Of a stretch of 64,000 nt of DNA, positions 1 through 13,043 are shown piece by piece (positions within the stretch are counted from its first letter, which is position 1; each line of letters starts with the position of its first letter). The DNA is from Paragordius varius (taxonomy: Eukaryota; Animalia; Nematomorpha), in assembly GCA_964247055.1 (NCBI GenBank), contig OZ176050.1, positions 12,586,001-12,650,000 of the forward strand. The letters run 5' to 3'. The position numbers were made by a program, and so were the translations under genes. Below the pieces are notes generated by a model. It did not search any database, was not told where the DNA came from, and saw only the letters and a program-made list of their open reading frames with translations.

Positions 1-279
1 TATCATAAATAAAATCTTTGATTTTTAAATGAATTAATTAAAACCTTAATGCAAGATCAAACAATTTCTATAATGAACCAAGAACCAAAGTCTTATAGCT
101 ATCATTACAAACCAAAACCCATGCGAATAAAAAGTAAATATAAATTAAACAAAATTTATTACAATATAATAATTTATTAGCAGTGTTGTGCGTTATAATA
201 TTTATTCCAGACATCTTGACCCTACTAGCTTGTTCAACAACCCGCATCAGAAGAGTTTGTTTGCAGTGATGAAAACACA

Positions 280-2130
280 TTAATCTTCCAAGAAAAAGAA
301 ATTTCCAGACTTCTTTTGATCCACATCCTTGACTGAGTTTAGTTTATTAATACGCGGCCTAAAATTGTTAGGGTCCCTACGGAATGTTATGTTAAGGCTC
401 TCCAAAAATTTATTCATGCCCAACAACAAACTTTGGGGACTATTGGCATGGGAGACGACAGAAGGTGTACCCTCAAAAACTATGACACGATCAGCCAAAT
501 ACGTTGCCATAATGAAATCGTGTTCAACCACGAAAGCCGTTTTCTTGGCATGGAGGATAAAGCGTTTAATAACTTTGCTGGCAACTAAACGCTGTTCGGA
601 ATCAAGGTATGCCGACGGTTCATCAATCAAATACACGTCAGCAGGTTTCCCCAAGCAAAGTGTTAAGGCTACTCGTTGAAGCTCACCACCAGATAAGTTT
701 TGTACCTCAAGGTCTAACAAGGGATCCATATTCATGGGTTTGATAACGTCCGCAATAAATTGCGGGTGAAGAAATGCCTCTTGTATCCGCTCCAATAACA
801 AATTACGAACTGTACTCGTGTACTTGGGTGATATTTTTTGCGGTTTATAGCTTATGTTAAGAACAGGTACTTCAGCACCTTCGTCCGGTTTCAGATTTCC
901 GGCTAACATACGGATCAAGGTAGTTTTCCCCGTCCCATTTTCTCCCAATAACACGATAATTTCGCTGTCAGTAAAATCACCTTCCGAAATGCTAAGGGAG
1001 AAGTCACCAAGATGTTTTGACATAGCTGGATAACTATAATGACGCATACGTTTAATTTCTTCTTTGGATGCCGTTTCTGCAACCTTGAATGTGAGAGAAA
1101 CGTCTCGAAACCTGAGATTTTCTGTGGGAACAAATCCATCAAGAAATATGTTAATCCCTTCGCGTACACTAAAGGGCATAGTAACCACTCCATAGGCCCC
1201 AGGCATACCATACAAACAACAAATGTAATCGGAGAGATAATCGAGTATAGATAAATCATGTTCCACAACTATGATATAGTTATTGTCACGAATTAACTCA
1301 CGTATGGCTATGGCAGCGTTTAGCCTTTGTTTAACATCCAAATAACTGGATGGTTCATCAAACATATAAATGTCGGCGTTTTGAATACAGCACATGGCAC
1401 ATGCAAATCGTTGCAATTCTCCACCACTTAAATCACTAATTTGTCGATTCATGAGTGAAGGTCCTAAATCTAACCTTTCACAAATACCGTGTTGGAATGC
1501 AAACTTACTCATTTGAACGGGATCATCTTTGGCATTAAGAACGAATCCGGGTAATTTTTTAGCCAGTAATTCTTGAACAGTGCCTTGAGCCGCTTTAGGT
1601 ATTTGATCAACATATTGAGGCTTGATTAGCGCTTTGAGATTGTCTTCCAAAATTTTAGTAAAATAATTTTGAAGTTCTGAACCTCGAAAATATACTAAGA
1701 GTTCGGACCAATCTGGTGGATTTTCATAACGGCCAAGATTGGGTTTAAGCTTGCCAGCAAGAATTTTTAGAGCAGTCGATTTACCAATACCATTGGTTCC
1801 AACAAGACCCAAAACTTCACCAGGCCTTGGAATAGGTAATCTATGGAGTTTAAATGAATTTGCTGAATATCGATGCGTGGTATCTTTTTCCAGATCACTC
1901 GGAAGATTAATAATCTGAATGGCTTGGAAAGGACATTTTTTAACACAAATTCCGCATCCTATGCATAATTGTTCTGATATAAGAGCCATTTTGTCTAGGG
2001 GTGTGACTTCGATGCATAATTTTCCTAGCCGATTAACCGGACATGATCGTTTGCATTCTTGCTTGCATTTTTTTGGTTTACATCGATCTTTGTTAACAAT
2101 GGCTATGCGAATAATTTTATCTTCAGGCAT
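280..2130 (-). CDS. ABCE1: ATP-binding cassette sub-family E member 1 (RLI1, ribosome recycling factor), single exon, 616 aa from the ATG at 2130
   Basis: N-terminal Fe-S motifs ([15 protein letters not shown]; [13 protein letters not shown]), two NBDs ([26 protein letters not shown] twice, DEPS twice) and C-terminal [23 protein letters not shown] matches the usual ABCE1 start, so the ORF-track start at 2178 is probably too far upstream. Confidence 0.98.
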   Translation of the reverse strand: MPEDKIIRIAIVNKDRCKPKKCKQECKRSCPVNRLGKLCIEVTPLDKMALISEQLCIGCGICVKKCPFQAIQIINLPSDLEKDTTHRYSANSFKLHRLPIPRPGEVLGLVGTNGIGKSTALKILAGKLKPNLGRYENPPDWSELLVYFRGSELQNYFTKILEDNLKALIKPQYVDQIPKAAQGTVQELLAKKLPGFVLNAKDDPVQMSKFAFQHGICERLDLGPSLMNRQISDLSGGELQRFACAMCCIQNADIYMFDEPSSYLDVKQRLNAAIAIRELIRDNNYIIVVEHDLSILDYLSDYICCLYGMPGAYGVVTMPFSVREGINIFLDGFVPTENLRFRDVSLTFKVAETASKEEIKRMRHYSYPAMSKHLGDFSLSISEGDFTDSEIIVLLGENGTGKTTLIRMLAGNLKPDEGAEVPVLNISYKPQKISPKYTSTVRNLLLERIQEAFLHPQFIADVIKPMNMDPLLDLEVQNLSGGELQRVALTLCLGKPADVYLIDEPSAYLDSEQRLVASKVIKRFILHAKKTAFVVEHDFIMATYLADRVIVFEGTPSVVSHANSPQSLLLGMNKFLESLNITFRRDPNNFRPRINKLNSVKDVDQKKSGNFFFLED

Positions 2131-2752
2131 TATAATTTGTAAAAGAAAAACACGAGTTTCGAATCGGATATATTTCACGCATACACAATAATGTGTGTTA
2201 AATTATAATATGTAAAAATATGGATAAAAAAATACTTTCTACACTTTACAATATAAATAATATGAATTATATTCAAAATTTTACTTTTGATTATTTATTT
2301 TATACTACATTTAAACATAAATTAAAATTTTTTAACCATGATACGCATATATTTTAAATAGGAGTTTTTGCATTTTGGGTGTTTTTTGCCCAAAGATATA
2401 CAAATTTAAAAAATCTATTAGAAAAAAATAACCATATTTATGTAATACCTAAATATAAACTGATTTTAAACCGAAATGTTACTAGCTGCGCTTTTTAAAT
2501 CTTTTATAACTAGCGCCTTCCCAAAAATGCAAATAGAAGTTAATTTATATTTAAAATACCATTTTGAGTAAATTTGCCTCATGTGATAAACGTTTGACAT
2601 TTTATTATTTTTTTTATCAATTATCTTTTGGGTAATTATAAATCTTATAATTGTAAAAAATATCAGTAGTTGTTTAGGCTAAAAATTAATCGAATTATTC
2701 TCCTGTATTAAATAAATAAGCTACTATTTTTATAGGTTCATAGACTCAAAAG

Positions 2753-2987
2753 CAGGGTTCAACATGCGGTGTGCATGTCGTATAAGGCCCTCCTAAGACA
2801 ATTTGTTCAGTTCGGGAAAAATTTTATGATTTCTTGGATAAGCCTAAGGAATTAGCAAAAATCAGATGTTTTGCATTTTACAATCTTATGTTGGAGATAT
2901 AATAAAATATATGAATGCTCATTAAATGCGCCCCACCGGATATTGAAAAAATGTGGCCCGTGAAGCCATTTGTGTTAGACAACCCTG
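2753..2987. mobile_element. Non-autonomous hAT (Charlie-like) MITE remnant
   Basis: Imperfect inverted ends CAGGGTT-CAAC...GCGG and ...GGCCCG...GTTAGACAACCCTG; no clean TSD. Confidence 0.45.
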
Positions 2988-5273
2988 TTCTAGGGTCCAT
3001 TAGGATGGCTCCAAATCCGATTAAAATAAGCTGTGTTTAAAAAATTATTAAAAATCTGCTAAAATGCAAATTAAAAGCTTTCTAATTATTCACAATATTC
3101 AACCATAATATACATATATTTGCTTACTGTATGGTAAATTAAAAAATTTAATAATACAATGGCGGCGGAAAAAATTGAGATTAGGATTTTTGCTTTATAT
3201 GTTTAAAAAAAATTTTGCATCATGTGTCTAAAAGAAGATAGCATATTTTAAAATTTTGTTCAATGCTAAAAATGATTTCAAACATGTATAAATTTTAAAA
3301 GGCCCTATGTAAAACTATCCCAAAAGGTCATGTGTTTTACATCATAAATATAATAAAAAATTAAAATATATTTTTTATAAAATTTTGATATTTATATGTG
3401 GGCTCGAAAATCAATTTTTTCTCCGGCTTGATTTTTTCGAAAACGCTAAAGAGCCGAGATTTTGCAATAAAATTTTTTAACATAAGCTAGATTATATCTT
3501 TAAAAATATGCAAACATTTTTCATAAAAGTCAAATTTTTAGCTTTGAACTGTATTTCATAGTATTTTGCATAGTTCAAACGGTATAAAAACAATTTAAGA
3601 TATAATAAAAATTTCTATCATTAAATGATGCTGAACATTTCTATTACATGAGAATTTGATTGTTCGCTCCAAGTTAGCCTTCAATATAACATGTGTTTAT
3701 ACAAAAATCTACTTATAATAACTAAAAAAATTTTTTATCCAAATTCTGATGTTAGAAATGTTCAGGATCATTGAATTACAGCAGGTGTTTTTAGAAGGTC
3801 TGATAGTGTTTTTATCCCATTACCACTATTACCACTATGCTCCAAAATATCATAAACGGTTTATCAAAATCTGACCAAAAATTAAATTAACAAGCATTTT
3901 TTCAATCATATTTTTTTGATATATAATTAAGCATATATTTATTAAATCATAAACGCAAAATCGCGGCACTTTTGTTTATTTACCCATTTTAAAGAGTTCA
4001 AAAATTTGATACTTAGCCCACGTTTATAAAAAATTAAATATAAATATTGTTTGCTTTTATATGTGGTTTATAAAATATTTTTGTAATATTTGGAATAACC
4101 CATTTAAATTTTATAAAAAAATTAACAACATGTATGCAAATTTTGCCATTTTGTGATATGGTTTAGTTAATAAATTGTTATTAAGTTTTCATATCGATTC
4201 TAATGCCCAAAACAAGCACCACGATAAAATTTTCTATCATATATTATAATTCAAATAATTTTATGTTTCCAATGTGTTTATATATAATAAAAATTATATC
4301 AGGATTCTCATGGTGTATATTTCCAGAATTAAGGTGATTCATATTGAATCAAGAAAAATTACCCCAATTATTTCAAATTTATTTTAAAGAACAAATAACA
4401 TTCAAAATAATGTCCATTTAGAGCCAAAAATTTTAAACCCCTAAAATGGCGTGTGTATTCAAAATAAGAAAAGCCTTTATTACACTTTAAGGATTTATCC
4501 TAGAATGTAAAATGTTTGAGGCGAAAGGTAAATAAATTCTTATTTTCGGAATATCATTAAATGATTGCACAATTTTGGACCTTGAAAACATAATGATATT
4601 GAGAAAATTTTTAAGTATGATAGTAATAATAAAAGTTATTTTTATATCATATTTTGATATTTATCTTTACAAAAAGGGATTCATTGGAAAACTTTTTTTG
4701 GACTGTATGGTAAATCTCAGGGAATGGGTTTGGGTATTTTTGGTTAAAGAACACCAATGTACGTAAATTAAGTTTCCTGAATATTTGTGCATAGCTATAT
4801 TGTTTTTACTTATGTTTTACAATTTTATGGCAATCCAGCTTCAGAATAACTCTAATTAAGCCGCAGTTTAATAGTCTTTAAAGCAAATATGAAAATAAAG
4901 CAAAACACATAATTCAAACACAACATGCACCTATGAAACACATTTAGATAAAAATTAAATTTATTATCTTTTTTCTACTATCTAATTGTGCGGATCATTT
5001 TAATGGAAAGCGAGATTATAAAGTTATTTACTACTCGAATTTTAATAATATAGGGGGTTAATATTTTAATGGCCATTTGAATGAGTTGTATCCGAATTTG
5101 TTCATTGAATACGCCAACTAAAATACTTTATAGAATATTTTTTTCGATTTTGTTAGTTTTGGGCCGTAAAAATGGTGGTTCTTCCATTACAACATTTGAA
5201 ATATAGAATATTGTATATATATAATCAATTTCATTTATGTTATTTTCAACATTTATATGAACCCATTTAAGAG

Positions 5274-5346
5274 GCGTGAAAGGTATAGTAGGTAGGGCGC
5301 CGGACTCTTACACTGCGTGCCAGAGTTCGAACCCCGGAACTACGCA
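5274..5346 (+). pseudogene. tRNA-like sequence (tRNA pseudogene or tRNA-derived SINE head)
   Basis: A-box-like GGTATAGTAGGTAGG, B-box GAGTTCGAACCCC, partial acceptor pairing GCGT...ACGC and a following T run. Stems are mismatched, so it is unlikely to be a functional tRNA. Confidence 0.45.
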
Positions 5347-5396
5347 ATTTTTCCATCATCACTGTCATCTCTGGGCAGGGGAGTGTTAAAGCCTTC

Positions 5397-5991
5397 ACAA
5401 GTCCGGATACTTTTTAAATCCTTATCCTATGATAAAAATATGAAAAAAAGAAACTCTAAACTGTATATATACCAGCCCATTTACCCAAACGACTCTCTTA
5501 AGGCTTATTCACAGCTTAAAGAATGAGGTTTCATCATCAAAAGTATGTGTGTTAAATTAATGGCATTTTAAAGTTAATCATTACAATAATAGGTTTTAAA
5601 GTTCGGATACATATTAAGTCCTTACCCTATAATAAAAATAAGAAAAAGGAGACTCTAAACTGTATATATACCAGCCCATTTCCTAAATGCCTCTCTTAAG
5701 GCTTATTCACAGCTTAATAAAGTTTCATCATCAAAAGTATGTGTGTTAAATTAATGGCATTATAAAGTTAATCATTTAAATAATAGGTTTTAAAGTTCGG
5801 ATACATATTAAATCCTTACCCTATAATAAAAATAAGAAAAAGGAGACTCTAAACTGTATATATACCAGCCCATTTCCTAAATACCTCTCTTAAGGCTTAT
5901 TCACAGCTTAAAGAATAGGGTTTCATCATCAAAAGTATGTGTGTTAAATTAATGGCATTATAAAGTTAATCATTAAAATAATAGGTTTTAA
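5397..5991. repeat. Tandem triplication of a ~195-200 bp unit
   Basis: CTGTATATATACCAGCCCATTT starts at 5461, 5660 and 5854 (periods 199 and 194); the units are near-identical. Confidence 0.9.
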
Positions 5992-6583
5992 ATGCCTTAT
6001 TAAATTAGATATTATAAAATTTAGCGTTGAATAAGGTAAAGGTTCCTCGATTCATTTGGTTTTAAAAAAAATAAGATTATATTCCATAAATTCCTGCTTT
6101 TCGCCATCTTTAAAGTCATGCTAAACTTATGTTGTTGGTTACCTTAGATTTTAGGTTTATTAAAGAAGATAAATAAATTTTGTATTTATAGCAATATTTT
6201 TATATGAATGACCATATATACGTTACCTTATTTCTTTAAAATAAGGTAATACGATTGTTCACAATGTCACCTCTAATTTAATTTGTGTGAAATAATTAAA
6301 TAAAACATCTTTTTTTCTTATTGTGATTACGTATTCTTAATTACTTTGTCCATTTAGATGGAACTGATATACATAAACAATATGCATAACATTAAGTTTA
6401 TTGAATATCTATTTCAATTTGAAACATCCCACACATGAAATATATGCATTTTTTTCAATTTTGCCTTAATAAATATTTAACATTGATCGTAGGTGAAGAT
6501 AATTTTCAATAGATAATTGGTCAAAAAAATGAAAATTGTATATGCCTTTTTTACAATAATATTCATTACTACTTACAATATAT

Positions 6584-9500
6584 ATGATAAACGAAAAAGC
6601 TCACGGTGAAAAACTATTCGAAGAACAAAACAATTACAAAATCCAATCATCACCCAAGTATGTTGCTTCCAATAAAATTGGGGGGAGTCCTCAAAATTGC
6701 CAGCTTCAAAGCACCAATAATATTACAACTATAGAAAATAATTTGAATCATAAAATAGCAAAAAATTGCATTAGCAGTAATGATGGACACTATGGAATTG
6801 TAGCAAACATTAATTTATTAAATCAAAAATCTGAGTTTAATAACTTAGCCGGCACCTTCATAGCTGATATGATCCGACGTCGCAATTTTTATCGAGGAGG
6901 CAACTATAATTTTGGATTTCATTACTACTTTACAAACAATGTATTGTACGCCAAAGGAAATAAGCGGCTAAAGTTTAGCTTAACACGCACCCTAAAATTG
7001 TTTGGTCTACTCATACTATGTTATATTGGATCAATATTTTTACTTTATAGGGATTCTAAATCACCCCATATCATGGGAACTATGGCTAATAAAGCAAAAA
7101 GGGATACATTAAAATTATCAAAGCTTCGTCAAGATTCACCAATAATTAATGTTTACCCTATTACCCGTCCAACCGTTAGCCATAACAGAGATAAATTTAT
7201 GTCGATTGATATGGTCGCACCAAATACATCTTTGTTTAATTCCACAAATATTTTCGCGTAACATATAATTTTTTTTTACAAATGATAAATTTTTTTAAAA
7301 CATTGTAGATAGTTTAGTAGTTAGTGTATTATTATTAATTTTTCATCGTTGGCCAATTCACATTCAATTGGCAATACAATGACGTATGAGTAAAAAACAA
7401 CAAAGGGTGAAATTAAACAATTTTTTCTAATCATAAAAAATTAAATTTGTATATTTAATTAGGACAAAATATGCTTTTCACTATACGCTAGTGTATTGGT
7501 AATTAGACAAAAATAATATATATTGCAATAAAGTGGGTGCTGTACTTAAAAATTGTTCCCCCCCCCCCCCCACCACCTTAAAAATGAGAATAATAAATGT
7601 TTTCCATTATATATTAATAGGAATGAAGATGGAAAATTACAGGATATATATAATAGATTAGATGATTTCGACTCAGATATTGATGATATATTATATGCCC
7701 AATTAAGCCCATTAGAATACCCTGATCCAGTGTTATTATACGAAAACTCCACCCTCATAAATGATCAAAACTCCTCACAAACTTTATCAAAAGAAACGAA
7801 AAGGGATCCTTTTAATTTTGATATATTTGAAGATAAATCTTTTTCAAATTCCTCCCTTAACAACGATTTTGGCCCATCATCTTACAATAATAATAATTAT
7901 TACTATGTTAAATCTGCATTAAATTGGTATTCGCAATTAGATGAAAGAAATAAAATCCATAAAGCGAAAGTTGAATCTGTCTGTATGACACATCCGGAAT
8001 TAAGGATTAGCCCTTTTGAAGATTTTTTGGGTAAATACATGTAAAAACAATTAAATTTTTTAACAAAAAAAGTTACAATAAAGCCTTGACTAATTTTAGC
8101 TACTCGAAACCTTGATTTTGTGTTCCTACACCAGGAGTTGCGTTTAATTTGGTGCATGGTTCCTAAAAGTGGAAGCACTCTTTGGCGTAAAATATTAACC
8201 GCTTTAACGACAAAAGATTACAAACTCGAAGTAACGAATATGCCCTTCCTATTCTCCAAACAAAATAAGCCACTTAGTTAGTATTTCATTTTTTTTCACC
8301 TAAATTTTCGATTTATGTATTAACCTATTTTGTCTAAAATTGACTCAAATACTATAGAAAAGGATTTTAGCCATGAACCTTTTTAAAACCCTATCGGGAT
8401 CAAAATGTAACAGCTTCGATCTGATTCCGATTTCATAGATTTTGGCAAAATGTACTAAATCTCTTCTCTTTTTTAATATTTATAAAATGTTATAAAAACA
8501 GAAAAATTTTATTAGTTGGATCTTTTTTCTGCGATAAAATTTTTTTTTATTTATTAGATAAAATAGAAATTAATTTTAGAAGTACAAGGTCTTGTATTTA
8601 AAGGGAAAAATAGGAAAAATATCATTTGAAACGTTTGCTGTTTTTTGAGTTTTAAACGGTTTCCACTTAATCTAAAAGTTCCGATTTTACGATCCAGGCA
8701 ATTTAAGATTAAAACCTTTATTGATGTTTTTTTTGAAGAAATCTATTAAATTTTGAGACTACATCCTAAATAAAGCAGTAAATATATATAATTTTATCAA
8801 AAATATATTTACCCCAAATACCGCTTTTTAACTTTATCTATTCGCCGTTAAATTATTTTATACATCATTGCAGATCAAGTTGATCCAGTAGATTTAATTC
8901 AAATGCTTGAAACTTATCCAAAATTTATGTTTACTCGACATCCCTTCCCTCGCATTCATTCGGCTTACATCGATAAAATTTTGGGTTCCAACAATTATTT
9001 GGTAAATACAGTCCATGAAAAACTTAAAAGGGCCATGCGTCAAGCCGTGCAGGTAGGAATATAATATAATTTAATTTTAAACAAGTTTTAGAATTAGAGC
9101 TTTTTCAAAAAAAACTTGTAGTATAGCGTGGCCAATTTTGTCAGATTACATTTTTAGCAAAAGCCAAGTTGAATCTTTCCAAAAACCAATGTATGCTCTA
9201 TAAGAAATTTTTTACAATGGTTTAAAATTTTTTATAGTAGTATCCACAGATTTTACTACTCACTCATATAATCGGCTTGAAAATGAATCCCCGTTTGTGG
9301 ATTTGAAACCCAGTTGCATTGTAATTGTAATATTTTTAAATGTTGGCATATCAATAAATATTTTAGTAGTAAAAGCTAAGTTTTAAAATAAATCTATTTT
9401 TTAGTTATCACTTCGATTCAATTTGGGGCATCTAAATACCCAGACTAAATTTAATTTGAATTTTTTAAAATACTGAGGAAACGGTCGCGATTTAACTTTA

Positions 9501-12180
9501 TGCTTCTATCCTAATAAAAATTATATAAATAAGCTAAAATATCTAAATAAAATTTCGTTTTAAAAAAAAGTTCCATGTCAAACTACTTCGACGCCATTTT
9601 TATTTTGCAAAATTTATGTGTTCATTTATTTATAATGGTATAATGAAAGATAATTTTTTATTTAAATCACATCTAACATAGATATAAATTAAAAAGTAGT
9701 TTATTTTGTATTATTTTACAATTCAGCCAATGCACACATGTCACGTTGACTAAATTTTTATCTTTAAGTTTTACCCTAAAATAAGTAATAGGAAGTATTT
9801 TGAATAAGTTTTTCATATATTCCGGTTTATTAATGATATATAAGTGCAAAATTTTGCCATAGTTTCGATTCCTTCCATATTTTTTAAAATATATAATTTT
9901 AAACAGTCCTGGAGTATCCAACTACCCCAATTGAATCGAAGGACTAAAATGTAGTTGTATCCAAGTGTTAAAAAACCGTTTTTAATGTAGGAAAATACTA
10001 ATAAAACTAAAACTCTTAATACGGCCGACTTAAATGACCCCGAAGATCTAGAAGATAATTCAGAACCCGTAGAAGAAGAGGATAAACCTCTGACATTTGT
10101 CGAATTTTTGCAATATATAACGCAGCATTCCAAATACTTTCCTAACGTTTCTATGAACCAGCACTGGCAACCAGCCTACAATATTTGCCAACCATGTGCA
10201 CTAGGTCTTTTTAAATACATAAATATTTTAATAATTTACCTAATCGGTAGTCGTCAAAATTTTATTTTACTGCATTTTTGGACTTGTAAAAAATTATATA
10301 TTTTTTTAAGAATAAGGTATGCTTTATGCTTATTTTGTCGGTGAAATTTAATTTTGGGCAGATAAAACGTTATTTTCAATTTTAAAAATCGTTTTCAACA
10401 AAAAACCTCGCCAATTCGCACTTTTGGCAGTTATATTTTAGCTCATATTTATACTATTAGTAAGTCGTATAAATGCTGTCCATGTTTAATATATTTGGAA
10501 GTCTCTCCGGTAAAATAGATTTAGGTAGATATTATATTAGTTTTTCAGACAGTTAACGAATGAACTTGAAATATAAAATAAATTTTTATTTTTATAATCG
10601 CATTTATAACTAAAATTCATAATTTTAATTATTATTCTGTAGTTTATTTATTTTTATGTACTATACATCCACTATTATAAAAAAGAAAATAATTTTTATA
10701 TCTCTGCTAAATAATATAATATGCTTTTATGGTAGATTATGATTTTATTGGACGGTTGGAGGATATGGATAAAGATGGCCCCTTATTATTCAAATTGTTG
10801 GGTTAGACTTTTAATAAAATAATTTTAATATTTGTAATATATCGTTTGCACTACAGGGTCCTTGAACACTTCAAGTTGGTCTTTGGGTTTTCAAAAGTGT
10901 TCTTGAAGTGAACACTTCAAGTTGGTCCTTCAACATTTTATTTTTATTCTAATGAACCAATCCATTCATCTATCATAATTTTATATCTATTATTTTTATC
11001 ATGAATCTTTTAAATCAATTTCAACTTTTTTCATTCGAAAAATTACATAAGTTTTCTGAGTTATTGACGTCGCTGATTTAAGTTATTAAGATAGTGGAAT
11101 TCAAAATTATTTTGAAATGAAAAAGAATGGTTATTAAATGATAAATATTAAATATAAATATTTACAAATACATAAACATTTTACCCTAAAAAATAAAATA
11201 TTACGGTTATACAACTAAAAATATATGGACCAACTTGAAATGTTCAAGGAAAACTTTAAGTGTTTAAGGACCTAAGTTTTCAAGAACCAACATAAAATAT
11301 AACAGGACACCTTGAAATGTTCAAGGACCAATTTCATGTGTTAAAGCAAACTCTTGGAGTGCAAATGGTATATCTTTAAAAGTGCTAAAAAAATTAAATG
11401 GAGACTATACCATTCTATTTTCATTTAATTATTATATATCTTTTTATTGCATTTCCTTAAAAATGAAACATTTTTCAGACGTAGAAGCAAAATTACCTTT
11501 AACTTTTTGAAGCTTAGGGTTTTATACAGCCCTATTAAAACTATTGTGTCTCACATGTACTAAATTAGCGCTTAGCTAAAGCTTACTTATTAAAAATATG
11601 TTTTAGATTAATGTATCTTAATTATTTTAATTAATTTAAAGGATTCGATCAACACATGCAATTTCCCGTGAATCGAAAACCAAACCATTCCTTTCGCCGA
11701 AAAGAAAATATGAAAACCATATTCCGTAATTTGGAACCAACACTTTACACAAAATTTTTGAGTGTGTACAACATCGATATGGAAATGTTTAATTACTCAG
11801 ATCCACAGTATCTACGACTTCACAGTATAAATGCGACTTCTTTAATAACTAAACAACAGAAAAATGGTGGCAATATAACCATTTTTGTTGAGAATTCTCA
11901 GGAGGCCAAATTGAAAAAGGAGGAGGAAATCGCAAACTTAATAAATGTGGCCCCCGATCAATACTTTGACTCGGTGCAAAGGGAGTATGCTATAAATCGT
12001 ATAAAATTTAAGAATAAAATTTATCCACCCCAAAAACGGTTGAAAGATAAAAGACTGAGAATGGAACAGGAAAACGGTGATGATATTAGTGATATACTTG
12101 CTCGTGACACTGATATTGAAGATCCTATAGAAGAAAGTGATATAATCTCTGAGAACAATATTGATTTTCAAGATGAATGA
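6584..12180 (+). CDS. Golgi-type carbohydrate sulfotransferase (Sulfotransfer_2 / CHST8-14-like), ~752 aa; exons 6584-7257, 7621-8030, 8100-8276, 8874-9052, 9991-10204, 10736-10801, 11642-12180
   Basis: All junctions are GT-AG and phase-compatible. TM segment LKLFGLLILCYIGSIFLLY; 5'-PSB motif WCMVPKSGSTLWRK; 3'-PB motif KFMFTRHPFPRIHSAYIDK; also NQHWQPAYNICQPC and YDFIGRLE. The start codon is uncertain. Confidence 0.9.
9409..9967. mobile_element. piggyBac-like MITE (TTAA target) in sulfotransferase intron 4
   Basis: Ends CACTT...AAGTG flanked by TTAT/TTAA; internal sequence matches the copy at 34265-34783. Confidence 0.7.
10840..11370. mobile_element. Foldback-type MITE with repeat-built arms in sulfotransferase intron 6
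   Basis: TA|TATCGTTTGCA ... TGCAAATGGTA|TA; arms contain repeats of GTCCTTGAACACTTCAAGTTG and its reverse complement. Confidence 0.7.
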
Positions 12181-12230
12181 TTTAGGGCGCACATGCTATT
12201 CAAATATTCACAGTTGTAATTTAATATTCA

Positions 12231-12414
12231 TACTTAGGCTGGCCCATTCACATTTGATATGCCAATTGGCAACACAGTAGTGTATGGGTAAATACAACAA
12301 AATGGTGAAATTAAACAATTTCTTCCTTTTATTTATTTAAGTGCGGACATAATTTGTTTTATAACACATGCTACTATATTACCAATTGGCCAACTATAAT
12401 GTAATTAGGCTAGT
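12231..12414. mobile_element. Small MITE; related copy near 7347-7505
   Basis: Imperfect long inverted ends (CCAATTGG...AGTAG core); shares AATACAACAAA..GGTGAAATTAAACAATTT with the 7.4 kb copy. Confidence 0.5.
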
Positions 12415-12681
12415 ATAAATAAATGTGCATACTGTATATGTGATTATTGAATATGTGTAATATATACACAAGTCAATATTTTAACACTTATATTTAGAGA
12501 AACTACAAAAAACTAAAGATATAAACCCAGTCGGTTCAAAATCAAAAATATAAATTGTTGTGGGATAATGAGATTTGTTGAAATTATTAAATTTACATCT
12601 TATTATTAAGTTAATATTTATTGATTAATACTGCAATATATACCTTGTATTAGTAATTTTTGTTATTTGAGACTTGACTAC

Positions 12682-12683
<2 letters not shown>

Positions 12684-12712
<29 letters not shown>
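12684..12712. repeat. (TA)n microsatellite (others near 28817-28852, 29852-29876, 31952-31983)
   Basis: Direct reading of uninterrupted TA runs. Confidence 0.95.
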
Positions 12713-12719
<7 letters not shown>

Positions 12720-13043
12720 AAATTTAACAATGCATCACATATAATATTCTGTATTTATATATTATGGAATTTATAATTGCTACATGAAATAAATGATAAT
12801 AATTTTTGTACATTTAAAAATTATTTTTAATTATTCTGTTTGTTGAAATATTTTTTTCACAAAAAATTGATATTTAATTAAAATTGGTCAGTTACAAAAA
12901 AACATCAAAGAAAGCGATTTATTTGCCAAAATAGAAGATAGCACCATATAAATTATTAAAACATATATAAAATGACCTTTAGATTTTAATCATTAATATT
13001 TTAAATATATTCATTCTATTATTTTCAAAAAATTTCATCTAAA

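Noticed and set aside
211-283. Possible + strand terminal exon ([23 protein letters not shown]) whose stop would overlap the ABCE1 stop
   Set aside because: The acceptor is plausible, but there is no convincing phase-matched upstream exon or family match within the window.
2131-2178. 16-aa N-terminal extension of ABCE1 in the ORF track
   Set aside because: Family similarity starts at [12 protein letters not shown]; the extension looks like an open 5' UTR.
329-2191. Several ORFs overlapping ABCE1; similar ones overlap Runx and Six3/6
   Set aside because: Antisense or alternate-frame shadows of GC-richer coding DNA, with no recognisable motifs.
9673-9921. ORF similar to the ORF at 34592-34780
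   Set aside because: Both lie inside copies of the same non-coding piggyBac-like MITE.
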